NCBI GenBank assembly: GCA_025594325.1
Contig: JANHCV010000003.1
Location: 496,001-560,000 of the forward strand
Length of the DNA: 64,000 bases
DNA from: Blastocladiella emersonii ATCC 22665
Taxonomy: Eukaryota > Fungi > Blastocladiomycota
Direction: 5' to 3'
Part shown: piece after piece, positions 53,201 to 64,000 of the stretch
How the letters are laid out: every line of letters begins with the position of its first letter
How positions within the stretch are numbered: position 1 is the first letter of the stretch
Program-made: the position numbers and the translations under genes
The notes under the pieces: model-generated
Databases searched by the model: none
What the model was told of the DNA's origin: nothing
What the model saw: the letters and a program-made list of their open reading frames with translations, nothing else

Positions 53201-56200
53201 GCGCTCGACGTCGGCCTTGGCGTCAGCGAGCTGGGTCTCGTAGGCGGCGGCCTCCTCGACGCGGCGGGTCTCGGCCTTGTCGAGGGCGGACTCGAGGTGG
53301 CGGACGCGGTCGGCGAGCTCGCGGCGGGCGCCCGAGGCGCGCTCGAGGACCTGGAGGTCGGCGGCGTGCGCCTGGAGCTCGCGGCGGTACTGGTCCTGGG
53401 CGCCGTCGAGCTGCTGCTCGAGGTCGGCGACGCGCGCCTCGGCCTGGGTGCGCGCGGCGTTCTCGACGCCGAGGTCCTGCGCGAGCCCGTCGCGTTCGGT
53501 GCGCAGCTCGTTGCGCTGCCGGGTGAGGGCGTCGATGCGCTTCTGCGCGTCACTCGCCTTGGCCGTCCACGCCTGCACCTGCTTGTCGAGCTCCGCGTAC
53601 TTGGCCTGCGCGGCCTCGAGCTCGGCGCGCGTCGCCGCGAGCGACTGCTCGAGCGCGCTCGCTCGCTCGCCCGCCTCAGCGATCTGCTCGTCGCGCTTCT
53701 TGACCTCGGCCGCCAGGTACTCGATGTCCGACTCGAGCGCGCGCAGCTTGGCCTGGATCTCCTCGGACGGATCGGCCTCGGGCTCAGGCTGCGGCTGCGG
53801 CGGCGCGGGCTTGACGGGCGACGCGGGCCGCTGCGGCGAGCGCGACGGGGACGCACTCCGCTGCTGCTGCTGCTGCTGCTGCGCGTTGGCCGCGGCCGCC
53901 TGCATCATCTCGTCGTGGTGCTTCTGCTGGAGGTCGCGGATCTCCTTGGCGTGGCGCTGGATGGCGCGCTTCTCCTCGTTCTGGAGGGCGTCAACGCGGT
54001 TGCGGAGCGCGGTGGTCTGGGCCTCGAGGGTCTCGACGCGGGCCTGGTGGTGGCCGGCGGTGGTAGCGGCCTCGGCGCGGATGCGCTCCGCGAGGTCCTG
54101 GGCCTCCTTGACCATGCCGCGGAACATGTCGCGCTGCGCGGTCGCCTGGGCGACGGACTCGCGGAGCGTCTCGTGGGTGCGCTCGAGGACATTACGCTCG
54201 AGCTGCGCGGCGGCGAGCGCGCGGCGCGTGTTCTCGAGGTCGGCGCGTGCGCGCGTCAGGTCCGCGTCGAGTGCCGTGTACCGCTCCTCCCAGTCGGCGG
54301 CGGCGCGCGAGTACGCGGCCGACTGCGTGGTCGCGTGGTGCAGCTGGTCGCGCAGGGAGGCTACGTTCTTGGTCGCCTGCTCGAGGTTGCCCGCGAGCAG
54401 CTTGGCCTCGGCCTCGTGCCGCGCCGCGACCATGGCCTGGTCCACGGACCGCTGCTCGGCGGCCGACAGCTTGGCCTTGAGCGCCTCGATGACCGTGGTC
54501 TGGTGCTCGAGCTTGAGCTGCATGTGGTGCAGCTTCTCGTCGCTACCGTCAGCGGCGGCACCACCGTGCGGCGGCGGGCGCTGGGGCGACGCGGACCGGC
54601 CGCGTGCGCTGCCCGCGCCGTTGGCCTGGTCCGCGACGGCGCGGTCCTGGGCCTGCTGGCGGAGCGCGGCGATCTCGACCTCGAGGGCGGCGCGCTCGGC
54701 CTTGACGGCGTCGAGCTCGCGGACGAGCCCGCCCTGGATCTGGCGGGTGAGGACCTCGTGCTGCTCCGAGAGCTTGCGGACGGTGGCGAGGAGCGAGCGG
54801 TTCTTGTCGAGGAGGGCCTCGACGTTGTCGAACTCGACGAGGTGCGCCGTGATGGCGTCCTGGCCGGGCGAGCCCGAGTCGACAAAGAGGTCGCGGAGTT
54901 GGCTCACGACGTCGTCGGCGTTCATGCCGGCGAGGAGGAGGGCGAGCTGGCGGGAGACGTCGGCGACGAGCATCTTCTGGGCGTCGAGGTCGGACTGGAC
55001 GTCGGCGCACGCGCGCTTCCACGACTGGCACTGGGCGAGGATCCCGGCCTTCTCCTTGTCGAGCTCGACGACCTGGACGTTGAGCGAGCGCACCTCGTCG
55101 CGGAGCTGGTCGTTGTCGGCGGTGAGCTTGGCGTAGATGGGCGCGCGCTCGTCCATTTCGGCGAGGATCTGGCGCAGGCCGTCCTCGAGGTCGTGCACGC
55201 GCGAGGCGAGGAACGCCGCCTCGTTCTCCTTCTTGACGAGGTCGGCCCACAGCTGCGAGTACGTCTTGCCCGACTGCAGCGCGCGCGCCGCGAGGGCGCT
55301 GCCGGGGAACGCCTGCGCGGAGGCGGTGCCGTTGGCGACGACGAGCAGGTCCTGGTTGGACTTGTCGACGAGGTCGATGCGCTCCTGCAGCTCGGTCATC
55401 TTGGCGACGAGCAGCTTCTTCTCCTCGTCCATTTCGGCGCGCGCCGCGGCGAGGTCCTTGGCGGCGTCAGCGACCTGAGTCTCGAGAGCGGCGGTCTTGG
55501 TGCGCGCGTCGGCGAGGTCCGTGTTGAGGCGGTCGGCGAAGGCGTGGGCCTCGGCGGCGAGCGCGGCCTGGGTCTTGCCGTACTGCTGCCACTTGGCGAG
55601 CTCGTGCTTGAACTGGTCCTCGGCGGTGCGGAGCGAGACCTCGAGGTCGGCAATGGACCGGCGCGCGGCGGCGAGCTCGTCCTGGGTGGCGTGCAGCTTG
55701 TCGTTGGCGGTGGCGGCGCGCTTGTCGAGGTACGCGTTCTGCTGGTTGAGGTCGTTAACCTGGGCGACGAGGCCGGCGATCTGGCGGGCCTTAGCCTTGG
55801 TGGCGGTGGCGTGGTCCTCGAGGGTGCGCTCGAGCTCGGCGTTGGCCCAGTCGAGCTGGCTCTGCACGATGCGCAGCTGCTGCTCGGCCTTTTCCTTGGC
55901 AAAGGCGGCGGAGGTGAGCTGGACCTTGGCGTCGGCGGCGTCGGCGAGGGCGCGGTCGAGCTCGCGGCGCGTCGTCGAGTATTTTTCGAGCAGCTTCTGG
56001 TACTCGTCTACGTGCGGGCGACTTTGTCAGCGGGAGAGCGCGGATCCGCCGAGGGTAGAAACCAGCGCACCGTTCTGGAACGACTCGAGCTGGTCCTGCG
56101 AATCGGTAGCCTTGAGCAGCTCGCGGTTACGCTGCGTGAGGGCGTCGGCCTGCATGAGGGCGTCGGCGAGCTTGCGCGCCACGTCGTGGTGGGCGGCCTC

Positions 56201-56813
56201 GGCGGCGCGCTGGGCGGCGTTGGCGGACGAGAGGTGGGTGCTGAGCGACTTGGTCTCGTCCTCGAGGGCGGCGACGCGCTGCGTCAGGGCCGCGTTCTCG
56301 GCGCGCGTCGACTGGGCCTTGAGCTGCAGCTCCTCGATCTTGCACTCTTCGGATACGTGTGGCGGGGAGATGAGGGTGCATTCAACGAGACGTGGAGCGA
56401 GAGGGAAGCAGTACCGTGCTCGATTTCGAGGCGCTGGAGGCGAGCGGGCGCGGAGAGCACGTCCGAGTCGGCGAGTGCGACAAACAGCTTGTGCACGAGC
56501 TCAGCGGCGCTGTCGGGGATCTCCGAGGTCGCAGTCGCGTTGGCGGAGGCTGTAGGGGACACAGTCAGCTTCGATCGTCGAATGATGTGCGCGGACGCGA
56601 GACGGACGCACCGCGGTCGGCAAAGAGCTTGGCCGCAGCCTCCCAGTCCGCGGGCGCCGTCTTCTGGACGAGCGCGGCGAGACGGGCGGGCAGCGCATGG
56701 CCCGTTGAGGTCGAGGTTGGTGGTGATGGCGGTGACGACGACGGCGCGTCGCCCGAGGAAGGAGCGACGGCAGACCCGCCAGGTTGGGCGGGCGGCGGGG
56801 CGTGGTCGGACAT
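50297..56813 (-). CDS. TPR: Nuclear-basket coiled-coil nucleoporin Tpr/Mlp1 (about 2107 aa, 4 exons)
   Basis: Exons 56813-56612, 56549-56415, 56346-56071 and 56007-50297. About 1300 aa of coiled coil carry the family landmarks ITAHLVEFDNVEALLDKNRSLLATVRKL, AQDQYRRELQAHAADLQVL and LLSLLRRERNAL. The tail is disordered and A/P/Q-rich. Confidence 0.85.
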
Positions 56814-57034
56814 GGCTGCGGGACCCGCTGCCGCAAGTGGATGCATGGAGCGGCGAGTGCGGCACGCTCGACAGGGGCAGGACGGGAAGAGAGGGGGAGC
56901 GGCGCGGTCGAGTCGCACGGCGAAGGCGGCGCTCCGTCACGCGCCGTGCGACGGACGTGGCGGGCCGACGCGTTTTCCACTTTGGTTCGGGTTGGGCCGT
57001 GCCGATCCTCTCTCTCCCTTACATGCATTACGGA

Positions 57035-59507
57035 ATGGAATCGAATGAAGCGCCGCCGTTCGTGCTCGCCCACGGCCTCGATCCCGTCACCGACGGCCCG
57101 CTGGTGGGTACGGTCCTGCTCCGCGAACACCTCCGGCCCTCCCGCTGACGCCCGTCTGCGAGTAGACTACGTCGCCCGCTTCCCCACGTCGCCCGAGTCG
57201 GTCCGCAACGTGGCCCTCGTCGGGGCCCCGTCCGCGGGCAAGTCGGCGCTCGCCCAGCACCTGCTCGGTCACGCACTCGGCCCCGCCACCGACGCCGCTG
57301 CTGCTGCGCCACCGCATGGCCCCACGGCGCGCATGACGTCGTACCCAATCATCGACACGGCCGCCGACCGCCTCGTGTACCTGGTCGACACGCCGGGCGA
57401 CGTCAACCTCGGGATCGACGTGGCGTCCGCCATGTCGGTGGCCGACGGCGCGGTGGTCGTGGTCGACCCGCTCATGCCGCCGAGCAATAACGAGGCGCTG
57501 CTCGTGCGCTACGTGGCAGACCAGGCGCGGCCGGTGGTCGTGCTTGTCAACAAGCTCGATCTTGTGCTGCGCGACGCGTCGCTCTCGGACGACGACGTGC
57601 ACGCGCTGCTGCGAGATGCTGTCCGCCGCGCTTCACCGGACGGAAAACCCGCTGCCGTACTGTTCGGGTCCGTCACCGAGGACTGGGCTGTACGCGACCT
57701 CGGCGCCTTTGCCGACCGCGTTGGGATCACGCTCCCGACGGCCGACCCGCTCGACCTGCTGCTGGGCGAGCACTACCTCGACCCGGCGACGTCCATCTGC
57801 TTTGCCGAGCCCTTCTCCGCCGACGGCCGTGACCTCGTTCACGGCTTCGTCACCTGCGTCGTCGACCCACTGCGCAAGCTTTACAGCATGGACCACCGCG
57901 CCGCGCCGTTCCTCCCGCTCTCCGACGCCCTCATGTCCGCCATCTTCCACCACGTCTCCGCGCCCAACGCCGCGCAGCTCGAGTACGCGCCGACGCCGGA
58001 CCTCGTCGCGGTGCACCCTGCGCCGTACGAGCTCGTCGCGACCGCCGTTGCCGCGTGCTCGCCCGGCGTCCCCGGCAACGAGGAGGAAGCCGTCCCGCTC
58101 GTCATGTCCAACACGCGCGCGTACGCCGACTTTTGCCTGCTGGACCTCGACCCGCGGTGCTTCCTCTTCGGCCGCGTGTACTCGGGCACCTTGGCGGAAA
58201 ACGCGTGGTGCCTGGTCGGCGACACGGCCGTGCGGCGCGCGGCGGGGGTCCCCGCGGGCCACCTCGCGCTGCGGCTTGACGCGCAGGTGCCGGCGGTCAT
58301 GCACGACAAGTCAACGTTCGCGCCTACGCTCCGCGGGGCCGAGGTCGCGCTCTCGCTCCCGATCCCGGTGGTCCCGCACACGGCGTTCCTCCCGGTCCCC
58401 GCGACGCCGCTCGACGGGGCGGCCGGGACGCAGCTCCAGTCGATCCTGAACCGGCTCGCGGTGCTGCACCCGGCGCTCGCGAGCGCGAGCGACTGGAACC
58501 AGCTGCTGGCCGCGCCGTCGGCGTCGATGCTGCTGGGCGCGGTCGCGGCGTGCCGGCGCGCGTACCCGGCGGCCTTCTTCAAGCTCGAGGCCGGCGTGCG
58601 CGGGACGCTGCGGCCCGTGTTCCGCGAGTCGGTAACCCGGAAATCGGACCTCGTCGCGTCGTGCGTGTCGCCGCACAAGCGGTTCCGCGTGTACGCCGTG
58701 GCCGAGCCGTTGGCGGAGGCCGATGAGTCCACTTACTTCCGCCCGCTCCCCACCGCTGCCACTAAGCTGCACTCACCGGTCGACCCCTCCGCCGCGCGCC
58801 CACACACGCTCCCGCGCCGCGCACCTTCCGCCGTCGTCCGCGCCGTCGACGCGTCCCCATCCGGTCTGCGCGCCGCGTGTCCCGCGAACCCGACGAACGT
58901 CCCGCGCGGCCTCGCCTCGGGATTCGCGTGGGTCCGCGCACAGGGCCCGGTCCTCGAGATGCCCGTGCACGGCGTGCGGCTGCGCGTGCTCGACGCACAC
59001 GACGCGGCGCCCGCGTGGCGCGGGGTGTCGTCGCTCGGCCAGATCGTGCCGACGGCGCGGAGGGTCGCGATGGCGGCGATCTTGGCCGCGGGGCCGGTGG
59101 TGCTTGAGCCCGTGGTCGTGGTTGAGACGAGCGTGGGGAGGAAGGTTGGGAGGGGACAGGTCGCGGTCGCACGGCGCGCGGTCGAGCGGGTCGTCGAAGG
59201 GATGGGCGGCGGCGAGGTCAGCGTCAACTCGTCGGCGGCGGCGGGGACCGTGATCCGCGCGCGTGTCCCGCTCCGCGGCCTGCACGCGCGCGGGCTCGAC
59301 GAGGCCGCGCTGTGCGCCCAGCTGGCCGCGGCCATCCCTCCGGGGACGTGGTCCGCGCCCGTGGCCACGTTCGGCGGCTGGTCCCGCGTCACCGGCGACC
59401 CGCTGGACGCGACGACGGCCGCGGGCCAGCTGGTGCGCGACCTTCGCCGTGTCCTGATGCTGCGGGACGAGGGCCTCGACCAACAGCGGTTCCTGAGCGA
59501 CTATTAG
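57035..59507 (+). CDS. SNU114: Divergent Snu114/EFTUD2-like (EF-2 family) GTPase (804 aa, 2 exons)
   Basis: Exons 57035-57107 and 57166-59507. G1 GAPSAGKS, G3 DTPG and G4 NKLD are present. C-terminal blocks resemble Snu114: FRESVT..SP..AEPL; GFAW..QGPV..V..RVLDA; GQIVPTARRV..LEP; W..VTGDPLD; L..R..GL...FLSD. Confidence 0.78.
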
Positions 59508-59586
59508 ATGTGATCGATACAAGTGTAGTATTATGTTCACACACACCCAGGGGAAAATTGAAAGTCAGAAAGGGGGAAAAAAAATC

Positions 59587-62227
59587 TCACGTTGCGCGCG
59601 CAAGGTACGCGGCGACGGGCGGCGACTTGGCGAGCTCGCACTCGAGCTCGAGCGCCGCCGTGAGCGGGGACGTCTGGCCGAGCCGCCCGGTGCCGGCCAT
59701 CGAGGCGGCTAGGACCACGTCCTCGACCGCGTCCACGGGCTCGAGCATCGCCTCGTCCTCGCCGCTGCCGGCACCGACCGAGGCCGCGGCCGCGATCGCC
59801 GCCGCGAGCACCGGGTGGTCGAGCTGGTCGAGCTCCGAGTGGTTGGCGAGCGTGAGCGGCGGCCGCGGCGTCGACGACACGGACGCCGACCGGCTGGACG
59901 GCCGGAACGACGCGCTCGCGGACCGCGCGAGCCGGACGGGTGTCGGCGCCACGATCACGACCGAGGGTTTGCTGGCCGACGGCGCGACGCGCGTGGATGC
60001 CGGGTGGTGGTGCGCGTGGTGCGGGGCCGCGGACGAGGACGCATGCACGTCGCCGTCCTCGTCACCACCCCCGAGGATCGTGCGGAACCCGGCCAAGCTC
60101 CCGACGGGCGCCGCCCCAACGCGCGCGGCGGGCGGCGGGCCGACGACGAGGGCCCCGTTGTGCACGGACCCGACGGACACGAGGCTCGAGATACTCGCCG
60201 CGGACACGGACCCGCGCGCGAGACACCCTGCGCCCGCCCCCGCCCCGCCGCCCGTACGGCGGTGGTGGTAGAACGCCGCCCACGCGGTGGTCCCACGGAT
60301 CATGCGCCGGACCTCCTCCGCGACCCGCAAGATCTGCGCGTCGACGGCGGCCCACCCGGCGGCGGCCCCCGGGCAGTTGGTGATGGCCGCCGCGTCCCAC
60401 TCGGCGACGACGCGCGCGTGCACGTCCTCGGCGAGGTTGAGCTCGCGCTTCGCGCCGCGGTACACGTACCGGCGGACGAGGTCGCGGCGGATCCGCCGTG
60501 CCAGGTCGTGCGAGTACGGCGAGGCCGGGAGCGGCGGGAGTGGGGAGGCGAGGGTCGAGGTCGTCGTCGTTGTGGTGGCCGGCGATGCGCCCACGGCGCC
60601 CGCGGCGCCGGAGCCGGGCAGCGGACCCGTCAGCGGGCCGGGCGACCACGCGCCGAGCGTGACGCGTGGCGCGTTCGTGATGGGCGCGGACCGGAGCGGG
60701 CGCGGCGGGGCGGACGGCGACGGCGGGCCGGGCGGTGCCGCGATGGACGCGGCGAGCGCGGCCTTCTCGGTCGCGTCGGGCAGCTGCAGCGTCGACGGCC
60801 GGCGCTTGCGGAACTTGCGCGAGAACCACGAGCCGCTGCTCCCGCTCGACGTGGTCATGATAGACGCGGATGATGATGTCGTGGACCGCTGGATCGGCGC
60901 GGTCGGCGGCGCAGATGGTGCCGTGTAGGGGACGAGCACTGCGCACGTCGTGCCCGTGATCAGGGTGGTGCTCGAGAGGTGCGTTGGCGAGAGCGGCGGC
61001 GACATGGTCGTGCCGGGCTCGGGCGCCGTGACCTGGCGCAGGCGCGACGGCGGCGAGGACTCGGGCGAGTACGTGGCGGCGTGGGCTGCGGCCGAGTAGT
61101 CTTGGAGGCCGGGCTGCGTCTACACCGTCAGAGTCAGCTTCGAGATCATCACTCATTCGATCAACACAACCACGACGTACCGCACGAGGCGGACCGGCCC
61201 ACGCGCGCTTGAGGAACCGGGCGACCGAGAGCGAGAGCGAGGCCGCGCGAGCGACGGGCGAGGACGGCGCGGGGGCCGTGGACTGGCGGAGGAGCGGCGA
61301 CGGCGGGACCGCCGCGTGGTGGGCGTCGGCGAACGGCCACGGTGCCGCGGCGATGGCGACGGCAGGGACCTCGGGCGACGCGTACGGGGCCGCGCCCTGG
61401 ATCCCGGCGACGGCGCGCGCGATGGGCGACAGGCCCATCCACGCGGCGATGTTCGGGTCGGCGGCGTTCGGGTCGCGCTGCAGCGGGCGGGCCACGGCGA
61501 CGGGGGTCGTTGACGAGGCGGCCGATGGCCGGCGCGCGTCTTCTGCACTCGCTGCTGCCGCGGCCGCGGCGGCGTCGGCAGCCGCACACCCCTTGCACAG
61601 CCCGGGCTCGATCGGCGGCGCGTGCGCCCAGCCGGACAACGAGGCCGGGAGCGATGCGAACCACATAAAGTCAGCCCAGAACGCCGCGAGCTCGGCGTTA
61701 TACGACGCCTCGAGGCACGCGGCGAGCCCGTGGAACGCGTGCGGGTCGGCGAGCACCAGGTCGAGCGTGCCGGCCTCGCTCACGTTGTTGTTGCTGACAA
61801 CCGGACACGCCTCGGGGGTGCCCGGCCGCGACACGGACGCGAGACTCGCTCGGCTGTGCGAGACGGGCGTCGAGCTGCCGCTCTCGGGGAACAGCGGCGT
61901 CGCGGCCGTTGGCGGCGAGTCGGTGCCCGACGCGGTGGCCAGCATCGGCCGCGGACTCAGGAGCTCGAGCGGGACACACTGCACGTCGCTAAGCGTGGCC
62001 GTGGCGCTCTCAGGCGTGCCGAGCGGCCGCGGCGGCGGGGCGCTGAGCCGGCGGAGCTCGGTTGCGGTCGAGTCGTCGTCGGCGCCGGGCGAGGTGGGCG
62101 GGGACACGGGCAGCGGCATGGCGGCGGCGGCCGACTGCGGGGAGGCCTTGTCGTCGTCGTCGGCGGCGGCGTCACCTTGCGCCGACGTCGTCAGTGCTGG
62201 TGGCGGGAGCGGGTCGAGCTCGGTCAT
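59587..62227 (-). CDS. RGS-domain protein with a split RGS domain (859 aa, 2 exons)
   Basis: Exons 62227-61181 and 61119-59587. The N-half reads LDLVLADPHAFHGLAACLEASYNAELAAFWADF. The C-half reads ARRIRRDLVRRYVYRGAKRELNL..AEEVRRMIRGTTAWAAF. Confidence 0.75.
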
Positions 62228-64000
62228 GACGACAGCCGATGGCGAAAGGATTGATGGGGAAGGGATGACAGGGCGCGAAGATCCGTCCGTCCGCGAGCGA
62301 GCTCACGAACGTGATCGAGCCGTGATGGGGGGCGAGGTTCAGGAGACGTGGTCCGCGCACAGGGCGATCCTGCGCAGGGATGGAGCGAGGACGCGGGAGA
62401 CGAGTTCGAGCGGGAGCGAGGGGAGGAGGTCGCCGCGGGAGGGAGGGGAGGGGAGGGATGGGAGGGAGGGGAGCGCGGGACGGAGAGGATCTGGTGCGCT
62501 GCGAGACCGGGGCCTGGCACAGCCACACTGATGTACGAGCAAACAAAGGATTGCGAAGATGCAACAGTGCGTGCAAGTCGCCCTGCGTGGATGAACGGGC
62601 TGACCGAGCCCTTGGACCGGAGCGCGCGCGCACGGGTTGGAACGACGGAGGCCGTAGTCGGGGAGCGGTCCTGCAGGCGCGGTGCGGGTCGCCGCGATGG
62701 GAGCGAGTGCTGGATCGGGGCACGGAGCGAGAGCAGGAGCGAGAGTGGGAGAGAGAGCGTCGACCACGGCGGGAGGCGATGTCAGCGACCACGGTCGGGG
62801 GCGGCGCAGGTAGCTGCCACACTGACGGGCGGCCGAACAACAGGATCCCGCGGCTCGGATGAAGGCGAGGGATATCGACGACGATCACGCGGGGGCGTGC
62901 GGGGGAGAGAGAGCGCGGGAGTCGTCGTGGGCGGCGATGGCGACGTCGGCAACGTTCGGGAAGGTCGGTGGCGACCTGACGATGTTACAGGTGCGGCAGA
63001 CAACGGTCAGTCTCGAAACGTGCGGGGAGAGCAAGATGTTGGGGCCCGCACGCGCGCATGCAGGAGAGAGGGAGAAGATAGCTGTTATCCGCGACCCTAG
63101 GCGAGTGTGGGGGAGGCGAGCCGATCACGTCGCCGTCCGCGACGACGGTTGGTCGATGCCTACGGCTAAGCTCGAGGCACCAAGCCTCGGTCCTGACCGC
63201 AGCCAGCCAGCCGCGGAGACAACGGCGACGGCGACGAGGTCGACACCGAGGACGAGGCGCTGCGCCGCACGCTGACGACTCGGTGGCCATGGTCGGCCAA
63301 TGACGTCTGCAGCAAAGCCTCGCGGCCTTCGATCCCGGCGAGAACGGTCGAATCTGATGGCCGCGGTCGTCGTCGACATCACCGCGCCCATCGCGGCGTG
63401 GGGCAGCAGCGCACCGAGCACGCGATGGGACGAAACCGCGAGAGCAAACCGTCGTGCCTGCTGCGCTGGGGCCAGCATGCGAGCTGGCTGCAGGGTGGCG
63501 CAGCGGCGCGGCGGCGTGAAAGCGTGCTCCTCCGAGCAAGCAGGGACCGCGCGGGCGGGGAACGGGGTCGCTGAAAGTCTGTGCGTACCGGTTATACTCG
63601 TGTTGGGGCGCTAGCGCAGGCCTCTATGAATCTAGCCAGTGCATCGGGCGACGTGCTGTTGCTGCTGGAGAGTGAGGGCCGCGCCGGGGTCGACGACGTA
63701 GTCCAGCTCGCGCGCGAAGTACAATGACGCTCAGCAACGGACGGAAGAGGAGAACAAGTCGTGTGGCTCAGCACGTTCCGTCGCGGGCTTGACCAAGCGA
63801 CTGCGCCGGCCGCTGATTCGTGGCGCGCGCGAGGAACAACGCCACGCGCACGTGCTGCGAGACAAAACGTGACCGGTGCGAGACACGCGTTGCGACGCGT
63901 TTTTTTGGGTCGCGAAGTGAGCAAACGTGCAATGTATGGATATTCGGATATGTGCGTGGATGTGGGTGCGTGGTGTGAACGAGAGCAAGGTGTGCAAGGT

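Noticed and set aside
5270-53885. (CAG/CTG)n and (GCA)n runs at many sites
   Set aside because: All lie inside CDSs and encode ordinary polyQ/polyA tracts.
51413-57148. 1911-aa plus-strand ORF antisense to Tpr, and many similar R/A/G/P-rich overlapping ORFs across the window
   Set aside because: These are antisense or alternate-frame shadows of codon-biased genes with no recognisable motifs.
61120-61180. Intron containing GTGATGA...CTGA...CTGA, a possible box C/D snoRNA; similar boxes at 34051-34082 and 32740-32790
   Set aside because: The C and D boxes are only about 10-20 nt apart, far too short for a snoRNA, and there is no terminal stem. CTGA here is explained by the branch-point motif.
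62300-64000. ORFs upstream of the RGS gene (e.g. 62348-63100, 62985-63539, small ORF at about 63627-63728)
   Set aside because: No codon bias, domain motif or splice-consistent model. This is most likely promoter/intergenic DNA.

Overview
This is a eukaryotic, very GC-rich, intron-containing chromosome segment. It most likely comes from an early-diverging (zoosporic) fungus. That is an inference from the mix of fungal genes (Zn2Cys6 TF, PMT2, Ste11, CE4 deacetylase, Cdc15-type F-BAR) with ancestral genes that Dikarya mostly lack (ferritin, makorin Cys-His motif, CHASE sensor). About 23 protein genes can be supported. For the spliced genes I reconstructed exons by hand from GT..AG introns (mostly 55-72 nt), and the exon sums are multiples of 3. 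The window also holds one tRNA-Thr(CGT), a 21-copy 25-nt minisatellite and two gene-poor zones with decayed coding remnants (2.1-4.5 kb and 26.1-31.3 kb). There is no CRISPR array, rRNA or recognisable intact transposon. Top candidates for follow-up are: (1) a CHASE-TM-PAS sensor whose histidine-kinase core has lost every catalytic motif and has no receiver domain; (2) a 5-exon gene for a prokaryote-type uncharacterised membrane protein, a probable HGT that the ORF track misses; (3) a strongly diverged, N-terminally truncated Snu114-like GTPase; (4) an extended TATAAA-GGCC-GGG(T)CCC core-promoter motif shared by three unrelated loci; (5) a stand-alone Nup98 without the HF/S autocleavage site; (6) 5-nt and 11-nt microexons and a GTGTAG-biased splice acceptor. 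All family calls come from motif recognition by eye; no database searches were run.
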